Source: Candidatus Limnocylindrales bacterium
Lineage (GTDB): Bacteria; Chloroflexota; Limnocylindria; Limnocylindrales; CSP1-4
DNA: 64,000 bases
Direction of reading: 5' to 3'
Assembly: GCA_038230295.1 (NCBI GenBank)
Contig: JBBRNM010000003.1
Coordinates: 3,168 to 67,167, forward strand
The notes beneath the pieces are model-generated. The model was not told the origin of the DNA. It did no database searches and saw nothing but the letters and a program-made list of their open reading frames with translations. Within the stretch, counting starts at the first letter, position 1. Each line of letters opens with the position of its first letter. Position numbers and translations under genes: made by a program. Shown in pieces: positions 18,403-28,393 of the stretch.

Positions 18403-18409
18403 CGGGCGT

Positions 18410-20827
18410 TCACGCTCGAGTGGCGGCTCGGCGGGTTCTCGCTGGCCGCGACTTGGTCGACGCTCGGCGTCCGGAGCCGCCGGATCGACCGGCTCCTCCG
18501 CCACCGCTACCACGGCGCACCGGCGCGATCGCCGCCGGATCGGGCGGTCCACCCGGGAGCTTCGCCCCGACCGGATCGATACCGGGTGGCACCTCGACGG
18601 CAGCACCGCAGCGGAGACAGATCGTCGTTCCATCGGCTCGCCGCGCCACGGGGCCGTCGTCGAGGTCGTGCAACGCGCCGATCGGTTCGTGGTTCGTCGT
18701 GAAGTCGCACTTCGGATAGGCCGAGCATCCCCAGAAGACGTTGCCGGTCCGCCGCGCGCGACGCGCCACCAGATGCCCATCGCGATTCTTGGGGCACTCC
18801 ACCTCGAACGGCAGCTGGTCCGGCGGCGGCGGACCCTCGCGCTTGATGTACGTGCAATCGGGATACCGCGAGCAACCCACAAACGGTCCGAACTTACCCG
18901 TCTTTCCGACGAGCGTCCCCTCGCCGCACTGCGGGCACACCTCGCCCTCTCCAGGCTGCGGCGGGGCCTCGTCGCCGGGTAATGGCCGAGTTTCTTTGTG
19001 CTCGGGGAACTTCGAGCAGGCCAGGAAGCGCCCATTCCGGCCCAGGCGGATGACCATTGGGTGGCCCTCCGAGCAGACCTCGTCGGTTTCCTCCGTCGTG
19101 AATTGGGCTCGTGTGAGCTCCTTGCGCTTGAGGTCGACCCGATCGCGCAGCGGCTCCCAGAACGCTTCCAGCAGGGGCACCCAGGCGCGCTTGCCGCTCG
19201 CGACCTCGTCGAGGTCCTCCTCCATCTTGGCCGTGAACTCAACGTCGACGTAGTCGCCGAAATGCTCGACGAGCAGGTCCGTGACGATTCCCGCCACCGG
19301 CTCCGGAAACAGGCGCCGCTCTTCGACCCGGACGTAGCCGCGGTCGACGATCGTCGAGATCGTCGCGGCGTACGTTGACGGGCGGCCGATGCCGTGCTCC
19401 TCGAGGGCCTTGATGAGCGAGGCTTCCGTGAACCGCGGGGGCGGCTCCGTGAAGTGCTGGGTCGTCTCGACGTCGGTGACCGTCGTCTCGTCGCCCTCGG
19501 CGAGCGCGGGCAGGCGGCCTTCGCGCTCGTCCTCGTCGGCCTCGTCCCGGCCTTCTGTGTAGACCCGCGAGAAGCCGTCGAACAGCGTCCGTGTCGCACT
19601 TGCGCGAAGGCCGTACGGGCCGGCCTCGAGCTCGGCCGTCGTCGTCTCGAGCTCCTTGGCCTCCATCTGGCTCGCCAGCGCGCGCTGCCAGATCAGGCGA
19701 TAGAGGCGCAGCTCCTCGGGCTTGAGGAACTGGGCCAGTCTCTCGGGATCGCGGGCGAAGCTCGTGGGCCGGATCGACTCGTGGGCCTCCTGGGCGCCCT
19801 TGCTCTTCGTCTTGTACACGCGGCCCTTCGGCATCGTGTACGGCTCGCCGAATCGCTGCCGGATCACGTCTCGGGCCTCGCCCATGGCCTCGCCCGCGAT
19901 CGCCACGGAATCCGTTCGCATGTACGTGATCAACCCGACGTGGCCGTCGGGCGTGTCGACGCCCTCGTAGAGATGCTGGGCGACCGACATCGTCCGCTTC
20001 GGGCTGAACGAGAGCTTGCGGCTCGCCTCCTGCTGGAGCGTCGAGGTCGTGAACGGCGGCGCCGGGCTGCGCTTCTGGCGCTTGACCGCGATCGAGGTCA
20101 CTCTCGGGTGGAGTGTCCTGAGCGCGCTGGCGTGGCGCTCGGCGGCAGTCCCATCGCCGACCTCGAGCGGCGCGCCGTCGATCCGGACGAGCTCGGCCTC
20201 GAAGACTTCGCCGGTCTTCGTCTCGAGCATGGCCTTGAGCGTCCAGTACTCGCGGGCGACGAAGCCGTCGATCTCGCGCTCGCGCTCGACGACCAGCCGC
20301 ACCGCAACGGACTGGACACGCCCAGCGGACAGACCACCGCGCACCTTGCGCGACAGGAGCGGGCTCAGCGTGTAGCCGACGAGCCGGTCGACGATGCGCC
20401 GCGCCTGCTGGGCATCCACGAGATTCGTGTCGATCCCGCGCGGATGGGCAAAGGCCTCCTTGATCGCCCGTTCGGTGATCTCCGAGAAGGTGACCCGCCG
20501 CGTCTTGGATTCGGGCACATGCGCGGCCTCGGCCACGTGCCAGGCGATCGCCTCGCCCTCTCGATCGAGGTCGGTGGCGAGATAGACCGTGTCTGCCGTC
20601 TTCGCCGCTTTCGCGATGGCATCGACCTGCTTGCGGCGGTCCTCGGAGATCACGTACTCGGGCGTGAAGCCGTGCTCAACGTCGACGCCGAACTTGCCCT
20701 TGCCGGGGTTGTCGGGGAGATCGCGGACGTGACCGTAGGAGGCCAGGACGCGGTAGTCGTCACCGAGGTATCGCTCGATCGTCCGCGCCTTGGCCGGCGA
20801 TTCCACGATCACCAGGTGCTTCGGCAT
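18410..20827 (-). CDS. topA: DNA topoisomerase I (type IA) with C-terminal zinc-ribbon repeats and a basic tail
   Basis: ATG 20827 (MPKHLVIVESPAKARTIERYLG), Toprim plus topo IA core. C4 motifs are present (CPQCGEG...CSRYPDC; CPKN...CSAYPKC). Confidence 0.95.
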   Translation of the reverse strand: MPKHLVIVESPAKARTIERYLGDDYRVLASYGHVRDLPDNPGKGKFGVDVEHGFTPEYVISEDRRKQVDAIAKAAKTADTVYLATDLDREGEAIAWHVAEAAHVPESKTRRVTFSEITERAIKEAFAHPRGIDTNLVDAQQARRIVDRLVGYTLSPLLSRKVRGGLSAGRVQSVAVRLVVEREREIDGFVAREYWTLKAMLETKTGEVFEAELVRIDGAPLEVGDGTAAERHASALRTLHPRVTSIAVKRQKRSPAPPFTTSTLQQEASRKLSFSPKRTMSVAQHLYEGVDTPDGHVGLITYMRTDSVAIAGEAMGEARDVIRQRFGEPYTMPKGRVYKTKSKGAQEAHESIRPTSFARDPERLAQFLKPEELRLYRLIWQRALASQMEAKELETTTAELEAGPYGLRASATRTLFDGFSRVYTEGRDEADEDEREGRLPALAEGDETTVTDVETTQHFTEPPPRFTEASLIKALEEHGIGRPSTYAATISTIVDRGYVRVEERRLFPEPVAGIVTDLLVEHFGDYVDVEFTAKMEEDLDEVASGKRAWVPLLEAFWEPLRDRVDLKRKELTRAQFTTEETDEVCSEGHPMVIRLGRNGRFLACSKFPEHKETRPLPGDEAPPQPGEGEVCPQCGEGTLVGKTGKFGPFVGCSRYPDCTYIKREGPPPPDQLPFEVECPKNRDGHLVARRARRTGNVFWGCSAYPKCDFTTNHEPIGALHDLDDGPVARRADGTTICLRCGAAVEVPPGIDPVGAKLPGGPPDPAAIAPVRRGSGGGGAGRSGGSGRRASTKSRPARTRRAATRA

Positions 20828-20834
20828 CCGGGGG

Positions 20835-20866
20835 AGTATAGCCACGGGTTCTCTCCCGCCAGTCAA
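20835..20866 (-). promoter_or_regulatory. Candidate topA promoter, leaderless type
   Basis: The minus strand reads TTGACT(20866-20861)-N20-TATACT(20840-20835)-N7-ATG(20827). The -10 is near consensus. The -35 spacing is long, so only the -10 is convincing. Confidence 0.45.
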
Positions 20867-20897
20867 CCGCGAGAGCGCGTCAGAGTCACGGCGAGCA

Positions 20898-20921
20898 CCG
20901 CCGCCCCGAAAGGGGCGGCGG
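20898..20921 (-). terminator. Strong GC hairpin (10-bp stem, 4-nt loop) downstream of the 99-aa ORF and upstream of the topA promoter
   Basis: ccgccgcccc gaaa ggggcggcgg is a perfect stem. There is no U-tract (an I-shaped terminator, as is common in high-GC genomes). Confidence 0.5.
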
Positions 20922-20995
20922 ACGAATCCGGGCGACAGCGTGCGCCGCACGCGGCTTGCCGAGCGACGGGCGAGTCGCCTTGGGCTGGCGGCGGA

Positions 20996-21295
20996 TCAGG
21001 CTTCGCGGACGCGGCGGAGGAAGTCCTCGTCGATCTCGAGCTCGTCGGGCTCGGCCGGCTCCGCGATTTCCGGTGAGGTCATGCCGGCATCGACGCCTGA
21101 GTACACCTCGACGAATCGGATCGAGAGGTAGGGAAAGATGAACGTCGAATCCTTGCGGTCGATGAACTTCGGGCGCTTTCCGTCGATCGTCCGCACGTTC
21201 CGGCACACGAGGGCGATGTCCGTGGGCAGCGGCATCTCCTCGATATCGACGACGAGGGGCTGGTCGTTGAGCGGGTGGATCACGGCTCGGAACAT
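20996..21295 (-). CDS. Hypothetical small protein (beta-rich N-domain plus acidic C-terminal tail)
   Basis: 99 aa, ATG start 26 nt after the dprA stop. The composition is lower in GC and rich in informative residues (FIDRKDSTFIFPYLSIRFVEVY). No family was recognised. Confidence 0.6.
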   Translation of the reverse strand: MFRAVIHPLNDQPLVVDIEEMPLPTDIALVCRNVRTIDGKRPKFIDRKDSTFIFPYLSIRFVEVYSGVDAGMTSPEIAEPAEPDELEIDEDFLRRVREA

Positions 21296-21321
21296 CGGCC
21301 ACCGACCATAGCACGCGCGAT

Positions 21322-22638
21322 TCAGGCGGCGGGGGTCGCCCGCTCCGACGTCCGCTCCGGAGCTCGCGGAATACGCTGAGGAGCCTGTGTCGCCCAGGCC
21401 CCCTGGAGCCGGTATCGCCCGTGGCTCGCGGAGACCTGGCCGGCTGCCTCCAAGCGGGTGAGTGCCCCAAGCACTGCGCCGATCGAGAGACCCGCCACGG
21501 CCACGATCTCGTCGACGATGACGGCACCCTCCAGCAGCGCCGACCCGACGGCGCGCTCATCTGGCGCCAGGCCGCTGAGGATGCCGTCGGCGGTGGGTGC
21601 TCGGACCTTCGAGGTCGGTGTCAAAGGAAGAGATGGAGTCGCATAGGCAGCCGAGGGCGTGAGCCCAAGGTCCTCGAGGAGCTGCGGAATCCCCGATACC
21701 ACCCGCACGAGCCCGGGCCAATCGCGCAGGAATCCGAGGCAGCCCGCCGACATCCGGGCGTCGATGGATCCGGGGACGACGAAGCAATCCCGGCCCTGCT
21801 CGAGAGCCCACGAGCCCGTCAGCAGCGCCCCGCTCTTCGCGCCCGCCTCGACGATGACCACCGCGTCGGCGGAGCCGCTGATCAGGCGATTCCGGCGCGG
21901 AAAGGTCCATTTGGTCGGCTCGGTGTCGGGGGCGTATTCGGACACGATCGCGCCGCCAGCCTCGACGATGGCGTCGGCGAGCTGGTCGTGGACAGCTGGA
22001 AAGAGGCGGTTGTGGCCGCTGCCGATGAATGCGATCGTCGGGCGCTGCTCGGTGATGACGGCGGCGTGCGCGGCGCCATCGATCCCGACGGCCAGACCCG
22101 ACACGACGACGGCTCCGGCCCGGGCGAGGCTCGCCCCGATCCGGCTGGCGACTCGGCGACCCAGCTCCGTGGGCCGCCTCGTGCCCACGATGGCGACCGT
22201 GTGGTCGGCGGAGAGACCCTGGATGTTCCCGCGCACGAACAGCGCCACGGGTGGGATCTCGATCGCACGCAACCGAGCCGGATAGTCGGGATCCCCAAGC
22301 GCGACGACCCGAAGGCCCAGCCTCGCGATCCCATCGAGGATCTCGTGGCGTCGGCTGCCGGCATCGACGATCGATTCGGCCACGGCGCCGGCCATCGACC
22401 GCGATGGAAATTCCGAATCCAGGCCGGCCGCGACGAGCGCGCGAACCCCGCGCGGGCCATTCGCCACCGAGAGAATGGCCACGGGCGACCCGATCGCGAC
22501 CAGGAGCCGACCGAGCGTGATCGGCCCGAGGCCCTGAACCGAAACGAGGACGGCCAGCGCGTCACGATCCTCGGTTGCGAGCTGCGAGGCGAACCGAGCC
22601 TCGTCGGCGGCTTCGGGGCCTGTACCCACGCCAAGCAC
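21322..22638 (-). CDS. dprA: DNA-processing protein DprA (Smf)
   Basis: The Rossmann-like DprA core is present (VAIVGTRRPT..GRRVA...VVSGLAVGIDGAAH...FPRRNRLISG). Candidate starts are GTG 22638 or 22629, just after the comM stop. Confidence 0.9.
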   Translation of the reverse strand: MLGVGTGPEAADEARFASQLATEDRDALAVLVSVQGLGPITLGRLLVAIGSPVAILSVANGPRGVRALVAAGLDSEFPSRSMAGAVAESIVDAGSRRHEILDGIARLGLRVVALGDPDYPARLRAIEIPPVALFVRGNIQGLSADHTVAIVGTRRPTELGRRVASRIGASLARAGAVVVSGLAVGIDGAAHAAVITEQRPTIAFIGSGHNRLFPAVHDQLADAIVEAGGAIVSEYAPDTEPTKWTFPRRNRLISGSADAVVIVEAGAKSGALLTGSWALEQGRDCFVVPGSIDARMSAGCLGFLRDWPGLVRVVSGIPQLLEDLGLTPSAAYATPSLPLTPTSKVRAPTADGILSGLAPDERAVGSALLEGAVIVDEIVAVAGLSIGAVLGALTRLEAAGQVSASHGRYRLQGAWATQAPQRIPRAPERTSERATPAA

Positions 22639-22639
22639 C

Positions 22640-24211
22640 TCAGAGCGCCAGCGCGTTGAGCGGCCGAGCCGCGGGCGCCCGCCAGCGCGCGGCTTCGTCG
22701 AGATGCGGCGCGAGCACCTCATCCGCCTCCGCGAGGTCGGCGATCGTTCGGGCAACACGGAGCAGCCGCTCGGTCCCGCGGCCCGAGAGGCGCTCGACCT
22801 CGGACATCGCCGCGAGGCGCGCCTGATCCGACTGTGAGAGGCGCGCCGCCGCCCGAAGCATTCGGCCCGAGATCCGCGCATTCAGCGCTCCGCCGGGACG
22901 GGCGAGCTGCCGAGCCCGCGCCGCCGCGATTCGCGCCGCCACGGCTGATGAGGGCTCGGGTTCCGCGCCGGCGAGCATGAGCGTGGCCGGAATGCGCGGC
23001 ATCCCCACCCACAGATCGATGCGATCGCGGAGTGGCCCCGAGATTCGGCCCACGTACTTCTCCGCCACGCCCGGGCGGCAGACACAGGCGCCATCGTCGC
23101 CACCCGCGTGGCCGCAGGGACACGGGTTCATCGCGGCGACCAGCTGGAATCTCGCGGGCAGCGTAACCGCGCCGCGGGCTCGGACGATCGTCACCCGGCC
23201 ATCCTCGAGCGGCTGGCGGAGCGCCTCGAGCACATCGCGCGAGAACTCGGCGAGCTCATCGAGGAAAAGCACCCCATGGTCGGCGCGCGTGACCTCACCC
23301 GGGGCCAAGGCCGGCCCGCCGCCGACCATCGCCGCGTAGGAGCTCGTGTGATGCGGCGCTCGGTAGGGCGCCCGCCGGACGAGTCCAACCATCGGACCCT
23401 CGCCCGACACCGAAGCGACGATCGTTGCGGTGAGGGCCTCGTCGTCCTCGAGCGCGGGTTGGAGGCTGGGAATCGTTCGGGCCAGGAGCGTCTTGCCGGT
23501 GCCGGGCGGCCCCATGAGCAGAAGCCCGTGGCCGCCCGCGAGGGCAACCTCGAGTGCTCGCCGCGCCTCCGCGTGCCCCCGGACGTCTGCGAGGTCCGGT
23601 CCGTCCGTCGGGACGGCGACGGCCGCGCCGCCCGTGTTTGGACCCTCCCCCGCGCCCGCCGTCGCCAGCTCGACTCGATCGGGCTGCCGCGGCGACGACC
23701 GGCGTCGGGCGCGCAGGGCGTCGACTGCCTCCGGAATCGAGCCCGCTGGCAGGATCTCGACGCCGCTGACGAGCCTCGCCTCCGCGGCGCCATCGGCCGG
23801 CACCACGATCCGCGCCACGCCCCTGCGGGCGAGGGCCAGCACCATCGGCAGCAGGCCCGGCACGGTCCGCACCTCCCCGCCGAGCGAGAGCTCCCCGATC
23901 AAGGCTGCGCGGCCGGGCCTCGGCGTGAACTGCTCCGAGCCGACGAGGATCCCGATCGCGATCGCGAGATCCGCCGCCGTGCCGGTCTTCGGCAAGTCCG
24001 CCGGGGCAAGGTTCACCGTGATCCGCCGTGGTGGATGGACGAATCCGGCATTGCGCAGGGCGCCTCGAACCCGCTCCCGCGCCTCGCGAATCCCGACATC
24101 CGCAAGCCCGACGATCGTGAAGCCGGGCATACCCGGCGCGACGTCGACTTCGACCCGGATGACGCGGCCATCCAAGGCGACCAGGGTGGCGGACAGCAGG
24201 GTCGCGAGCAC
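22640..24211 (-). CDS. comM: YifB/ComM family Mg-chelatase-like AAA+ ATPase
   Basis: Lon-like N-domain (GMPGFTIVGLAD..REARERV), Walker [12 protein letters not shown], and a C-terminal Mg-chelatase domain. Confidence 0.9.
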   Translation of the reverse strand: MLATLLSATLVALDGRVIRVEVDVAPGMPGFTIVGLADVGIREARERVRGALRNAGFVHPPRRITVNLAPADLPKTGTAADLAIAIGILVGSEQFTPRPGRAALIGELSLGGEVRTVPGLLPMVLALARRGVARIVVPADGAAEARLVSGVEILPAGSIPEAVDALRARRRSSPRQPDRVELATAGAGEGPNTGGAAVAVPTDGPDLADVRGHAEARRALEVALAGGHGLLLMGPPGTGKTLLARTIPSLQPALEDDEALTATIVASVSGEGPMVGLVRRAPYRAPHHTSSYAAMVGGGPALAPGEVTRADHGVLFLDELAEFSRDVLEALRQPLEDGRVTIVRARGAVTLPARFQLVAAMNPCPCGHAGGDDGACVCRPGVAEKYVGRISGPLRDRIDLWVGMPRIPATLMLAGAEPEPSSAVAARIAAARARQLARPGGALNARISGRMLRAAARLSQSDQARLAAMSEVERLSGRGTERLLRVARTIADLAEADEVLAPHLDEAARWRAPAARPLNALAL

Positions 24212-24277
24212 TGCCCGACCCTACGGCCGAGGGCTTACCTGACGCTCACCCGGGCGCGACCACGACCGCGCGCAACC

Positions 24278-25456
24278 CTACCGACGCGAGGCCCCCGCCT
24301 TCGCGGCGAGCGCGGCCTGGGCGACGGCCGCATCGATCTGTCCGGCGAGCGCGCCGATCTCCTTGGCCAGTGGCGATTCCGGCTTCGAGAAGGAGAACGG
24401 CTGACCCGTGTTCTGGGCCCGGATCGCGACCGCGTAGTCGTTCGTGATCTTGGATTCGAACTTGCGCTTGAGGGCGCTCTCGGCGGCCCCGGCGGTGACG
24501 CCGGTGAACGCGTTCGAGCGGTTCAGGACGAGCTTGAGCCGGCTCGACTGGAAGCCGATGCGCTGGAGCGCCTCGAGGACGAGGCGGACGTTCTTGAGGC
24601 ACGACAGGTCGGCGGTCATGACGATGTGGAGCTCGTCGGCGTGGTCGAGGATCGATAGCGTCAGGTCGCCGAGCCGCTTGTCGACGTCGACGATGACGTA
24701 GTCGTACATGCTCCGGAGGATCGCGAGGACGCTCGTCATCCGCTCCTCGGAGACGAGGTCGCTCTCCTCCGGCGTCGCCGGCGCGAGCAGGAGGTCGATC
24801 CCCGAATCGTGCTTCACGAGCACGGACTTCAGGAGCTCGGGATCGACGTTTGGAGCGGAGACCGCGTCGATGATGCTCTTGCGGTCGTTGCCGAGGTCGA
24901 GGAAGACGCGATGGTCGCCGAACTGGAGCGCGGCGTCGACGAGGACGACCTTGCGGTCGTGGAGGGTCTGGAGCGCGATCGCGGTGTTGATGGCGATCGT
25001 CGTCGACCCCACCCCGCCCTTCGCGCCGTAGAACGCGATCATCCGCCCGAGCGGCGGCTTGCCAAGGGCCCCGCCGTCCTGTGTCCCGAACCTCGAGAGC
25101 AGGCTCTTCATCCGGGCGAGGAGCTCGGCCTGGTGGAACGGCTTCACGAGGAAGTCGTCAGCGCCGGCCCGAAGGCCACGGACCTTCTGCTCGACCTCCT
25201 TCTCGGAGGTCAACATGATGATCGGGACGTGGGCGCCGCCGCCTTCGTCGGTCCGGATCTTCTCGGCAACGGCGTAGCCGTCGAGCTTCGGCAGCCCAAC
25301 GTCGAGCAGGATCAGCGCCGGCGATTCGGCCGACCAGAGGCGAATCGCCTCCTGGCCGTCGCCCGCGACGATGACGCTGTAGCCGGCCTGTTTGAGCGTG
25401 TACTGCAGGAGTCGCTGGACGTTGGCTTCGTCGTCGACGACGAGGATCTTCGTCAT
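24278..25456 (-). CDS. Response-regulator receiver domain fused to a CpaE/TadZ-like ParA/MinD-family ATPase
   Basis: Canonical REC residues are present (VVDDE, LLDVGLP, MLTS, LVKPF). The P-loop is YGAKGGVGSTT (Ser replaces the usual Lys of KGGxGK[ST], as in the CpaE/TadZ type). The ATG overlaps the stomatin stop by 4 nt. Confidence 0.85.
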   Translation of the reverse strand: MTKILVVDDEANVQRLLQYTLKQAGYSVIVAGDGQEAIRLWSAESPALILLDVGLPKLDGYAVAEKIRTDEGGGAHVPIIMLTSEKEVEQKVRGLRAGADDFLVKPFHQAELLARMKSLLSRFGTQDGGALGKPPLGRMIAFYGAKGGVGSTTIAINTAIALQTLHDRKVVLVDAALQFGDHRVFLDLGNDRKSIIDAVSAPNVDPELLKSVLVKHDSGIDLLLAPATPEESDLVSEERMTSVLAILRSMYDYVIVDVDKRLGDLTLSILDHADELHIVMTADLSCLKNVRLVLEALQRIGFQSSRLKLVLNRSNAFTGVTAGAAESALKRKFESKITNDYAVAIRAQNTGQPFSFSKPESPLAKEIGALAGQIDAAVAQAALAAKAGASRR

Positions 25457-26352
25457 CGGGCCGGCTTCGCCTCGCCGCCCGACATGCCGCGCTCGACGAA
25501 GCCCGTGAAGGGCTCGACGAGCCGGGTGAACTCGGTCGGGATGACGAACTTCGTGGCGGGGCTGGCCCCGAGCGCCTTGAGCGCGTCGAGGTACTGGAGG
25601 GCCATGGTCTTCTCGTCGATGCCGGTCGCCGCCTGGAAGATCCGGGTCAGGGCCTGGCCGAAGCCCTCGGCCCGCAGGATCGCGGCCTGCTTGTCGCCCT
25701 CGGCCTTGAGGATCTCGGACTGCTTCTGGCCCTCGGCGACGTTGATCGCCGACTGGCGGGAGCCTTCGGATTCGGTGATGACGGCGCGCCGTGTCCGCTC
25801 GGCGGAGAGCTGGCGGTTCATCGCGTCCTGGACATCGCGGGGTGGCGTGATCTCGCGGATCTCGACGGTCGTGACCTTGCCGCCCCAGCGCTCGGTGACC
25901 TCATCGAGCTTCGTTCGGAGGACCTCGTTGATCTGCTCGCGCTTCGAGAGCACCTCGTCGAGGAGGATGTCGCCGATCACCGCGCGGAGGGTCGTCGTGG
26001 CAACGCCCTGCAGGGCGCCCGCGAAGTTCGCGACGTTGACCACGCTCTTGAGGGGCTCGCTGATCCGCCAGTAGATGAGGAAGTCGACTGAGATCGGGGC
26101 GTTGTCCTTCGTGATCGTCGTCTGGCTCGGGACCTCGATGAACTGCTCGCGGACATCGACCTTCACGGGCCGGTCCACGATCGGGATCAGGAAGTTGATG
26201 CCCGGGTTGCGGACCATGGCCTCGTTCGTCTTGCCCAGCCGGAAGACGACCATCTTCTCGTACTGCTGCACGACACGAACCGAGAGATACACGAACACGA
26301 GCAGCACGACCACCACGAACGCAACGATCGCGGCCAGCACGGCGCCTTCCAT
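25453..26352 (-). CDS. SPFH/Band-7 (stomatin-like) membrane protein
   Basis: N-terminal TM segment followed by the SPFH core (VVQQYEKMVVFRLGK...TKDNAPISVDFLIYWRI) and a coiled-coil region. Confidence 0.9.
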   Translation of the reverse strand: MEGAVLAAIVAFVVVVLLVFVYLSVRVVQQYEKMVVFRLGKTNEAMVRNPGINFLIPIVDRPVKVDVREQFIEVPSQTTITKDNAPISVDFLIYWRISEPLKSVVNVANFAGALQGVATTTLRAVIGDILLDEVLSKREQINEVLRTKLDEVTERWGGKVTTVEIREITPPRDVQDAMNRQLSAERTRRAVITESEGSRQSAINVAEGQKQSEILKAEGDKQAAILRAEGFGQALTRIFQAATGIDEKTMALQYLDALKALGASPATKFVIPTEFTRLVEPFTGFVERGMSGGEAKPAR

Positions 26353-26361
26353 TCGATCCTC

Positions 26362-27756
26362 CTACGACAACTGTGCAGATGATGACGCTTCGGCCTCGAC
26401 GACGAGCGTCAGCCCGTCACGGGCAACGATCCTGACCGGCGTGTCGCGCCGGAGCGGGTGGTTGTCAGCGGTTCGCGCCGACCACTCCTCGCCGCCGGCG
26501 TAGACGGATCCGACGGGCTCGAGCGGCCGACGGACGACGCCGCGCGAGCCGGGCGGAACTGCCGCGGCGGTCCCAGCCATGCCCACGGGCGGGAGCATGC
26601 CCCGCGACCGCAGCGCCCCATAGACGACGAGGGCCATGAGGATCGCGGCCGTCACGGTCGTCGTGACGATCACCGGCAGCGCGACTCGCACCGCCGGACC
26701 GAAGGGATCGACCGGCCCCGTGAACAGGGCAGACGCTCCCAGCGCCAGGCAGATGACGCCCCCGACGCCGAGCAGGCCGTGGCTCGTCACCGTCAGCTCG
26801 AGGCCGAACAGCACGAAGGCGAGAATCACGAGCAGGAGGCCGCCGACGTTGAGCGGCAAGGCCCCCAGCCCGATGAACGCGAGGATGATCGCGATCCCGC
26901 CGAGGATGCCGGTGACGAAGTTCGGGCTCCAGAGCTCCGCGAGCAGGCCGACCGAGCCGGTGCTCAGCAGGAGGAAGGCAATCGTCGGATCCGACAGCAG
27001 CCGGAGGAAGGACAGGAACGGGCTCATCGACTGCGCGGTCGTCGTGGCGCCGGCCAGATCGAGGGTCACGTCGCCGGCTCCGGTGTGAACGATCTTGCCG
27101 TTCGCCTGGGAGAGCAGATCCTCGATCGTCCCCGCCTCCCCATCGACCGCTCCCGCCGCGACGGCCTCGGTCACGGTGTAGGCCTTGGCGTTCTGGACGG
27201 TCGAGACGGCCCAATCGAGCGGCCGATGTCGGGCATCCGCGATCGAGGAGATCATCTTGATCGCGATGTTCATCGTCTTCTGGCCTTCGGTGCCGGTGAT
27301 GTCCTCGCCCTGCGCCCCGACCGGCGACGCGGCACCGATGCTCGTTCCGGGTGCCATGTAGGACAGGTTGCCGGCCAGCGTGATGAACGTTCCCGCGCTG
27401 GCCGCGAAGCCGCCGGAGGGGGCGACCCAGACGATGACCGGGATCTTCGCGTCGATCATCGCGCCGGTGATGCCCTGGGTCGCGAGGAGGCTGCCACCGG
27501 GCGTGTTGAGCTTGACCACGACAGCCGCATCGCCGTCCGCGGCGGCCCGCGAGATGCCGTCTGCCAGGTAGTTGGCCATGCCCTCGTCGACGATGCCGGT
27601 GGTCGGCAGGACGACGACGGTCTTGTTCGCCGCGCGGGCGCCGCTCGCGATCAGCAGCCAGCCGAGCGCAGCGACGACGATCGCGAGGCGCGGCGAGACG
27701 TGATGGCTGGTGCGGTGGCCCAAATCGGGAGTCCCCCTCAGCGGGAAGTATCGCAC
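26362..27756 (-). CDS. NfeD-family membrane-bound ClpP-class serine protease
   Basis: ClpP-like domain (LNTPGGSL...VAPSGGFAASAGTFI), TM block, and C-terminal NfeD OB domain. An alternative TTG start at 27723 is preceded by AGGGGGA. Confidence 0.85.
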   Translation of the reverse strand: MRYFPLRGTPDLGHRTSHHVSPRLAIVVAALGWLLIASGARAANKTVVVLPTTGIVDEGMANYLADGISRAAADGDAAVVVKLNTPGGSLLATQGITGAMIDAKIPVIVWVAPSGGFAASAGTFITLAGNLSYMAPGTSIGAASPVGAQGEDITGTEGQKTMNIAIKMISSIADARHRPLDWAVSTVQNAKAYTVTEAVAAGAVDGEAGTIEDLLSQANGKIVHTGAGDVTLDLAGATTTAQSMSPFLSFLRLLSDPTIAFLLLSTGSVGLLAELWSPNFVTGILGGIAIILAFIGLGALPLNVGGLLLVILAFVLFGLELTVTSHGLLGVGGVICLALGASALFTGPVDPFGPAVRVALPVIVTTTVTAAILMALVVYGALRSRGMLPPVGMAGTAAAVPPGSRGVVRRPLEPVGSVYAGGEEWSARTADNHPLRRDTPVRIVARDGLTLVVEAEASSSAQLS

Positions 27757-27775
27757 CGGCGCGGGCGGATCACGG

Positions 27776-28389
<614 letters not shown>

Positions 28390-28393
<4 letters not shown>

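Noticed and set aside
18403-19599. N-terminal 400 aa of the 728-aa track ORF that ends in xerC
   Set aside because: This stretch overlaps topA out of frame and is Ser/Arg-rich nonsense. The recombinase starts at ATG 18402, right after the topA stop.
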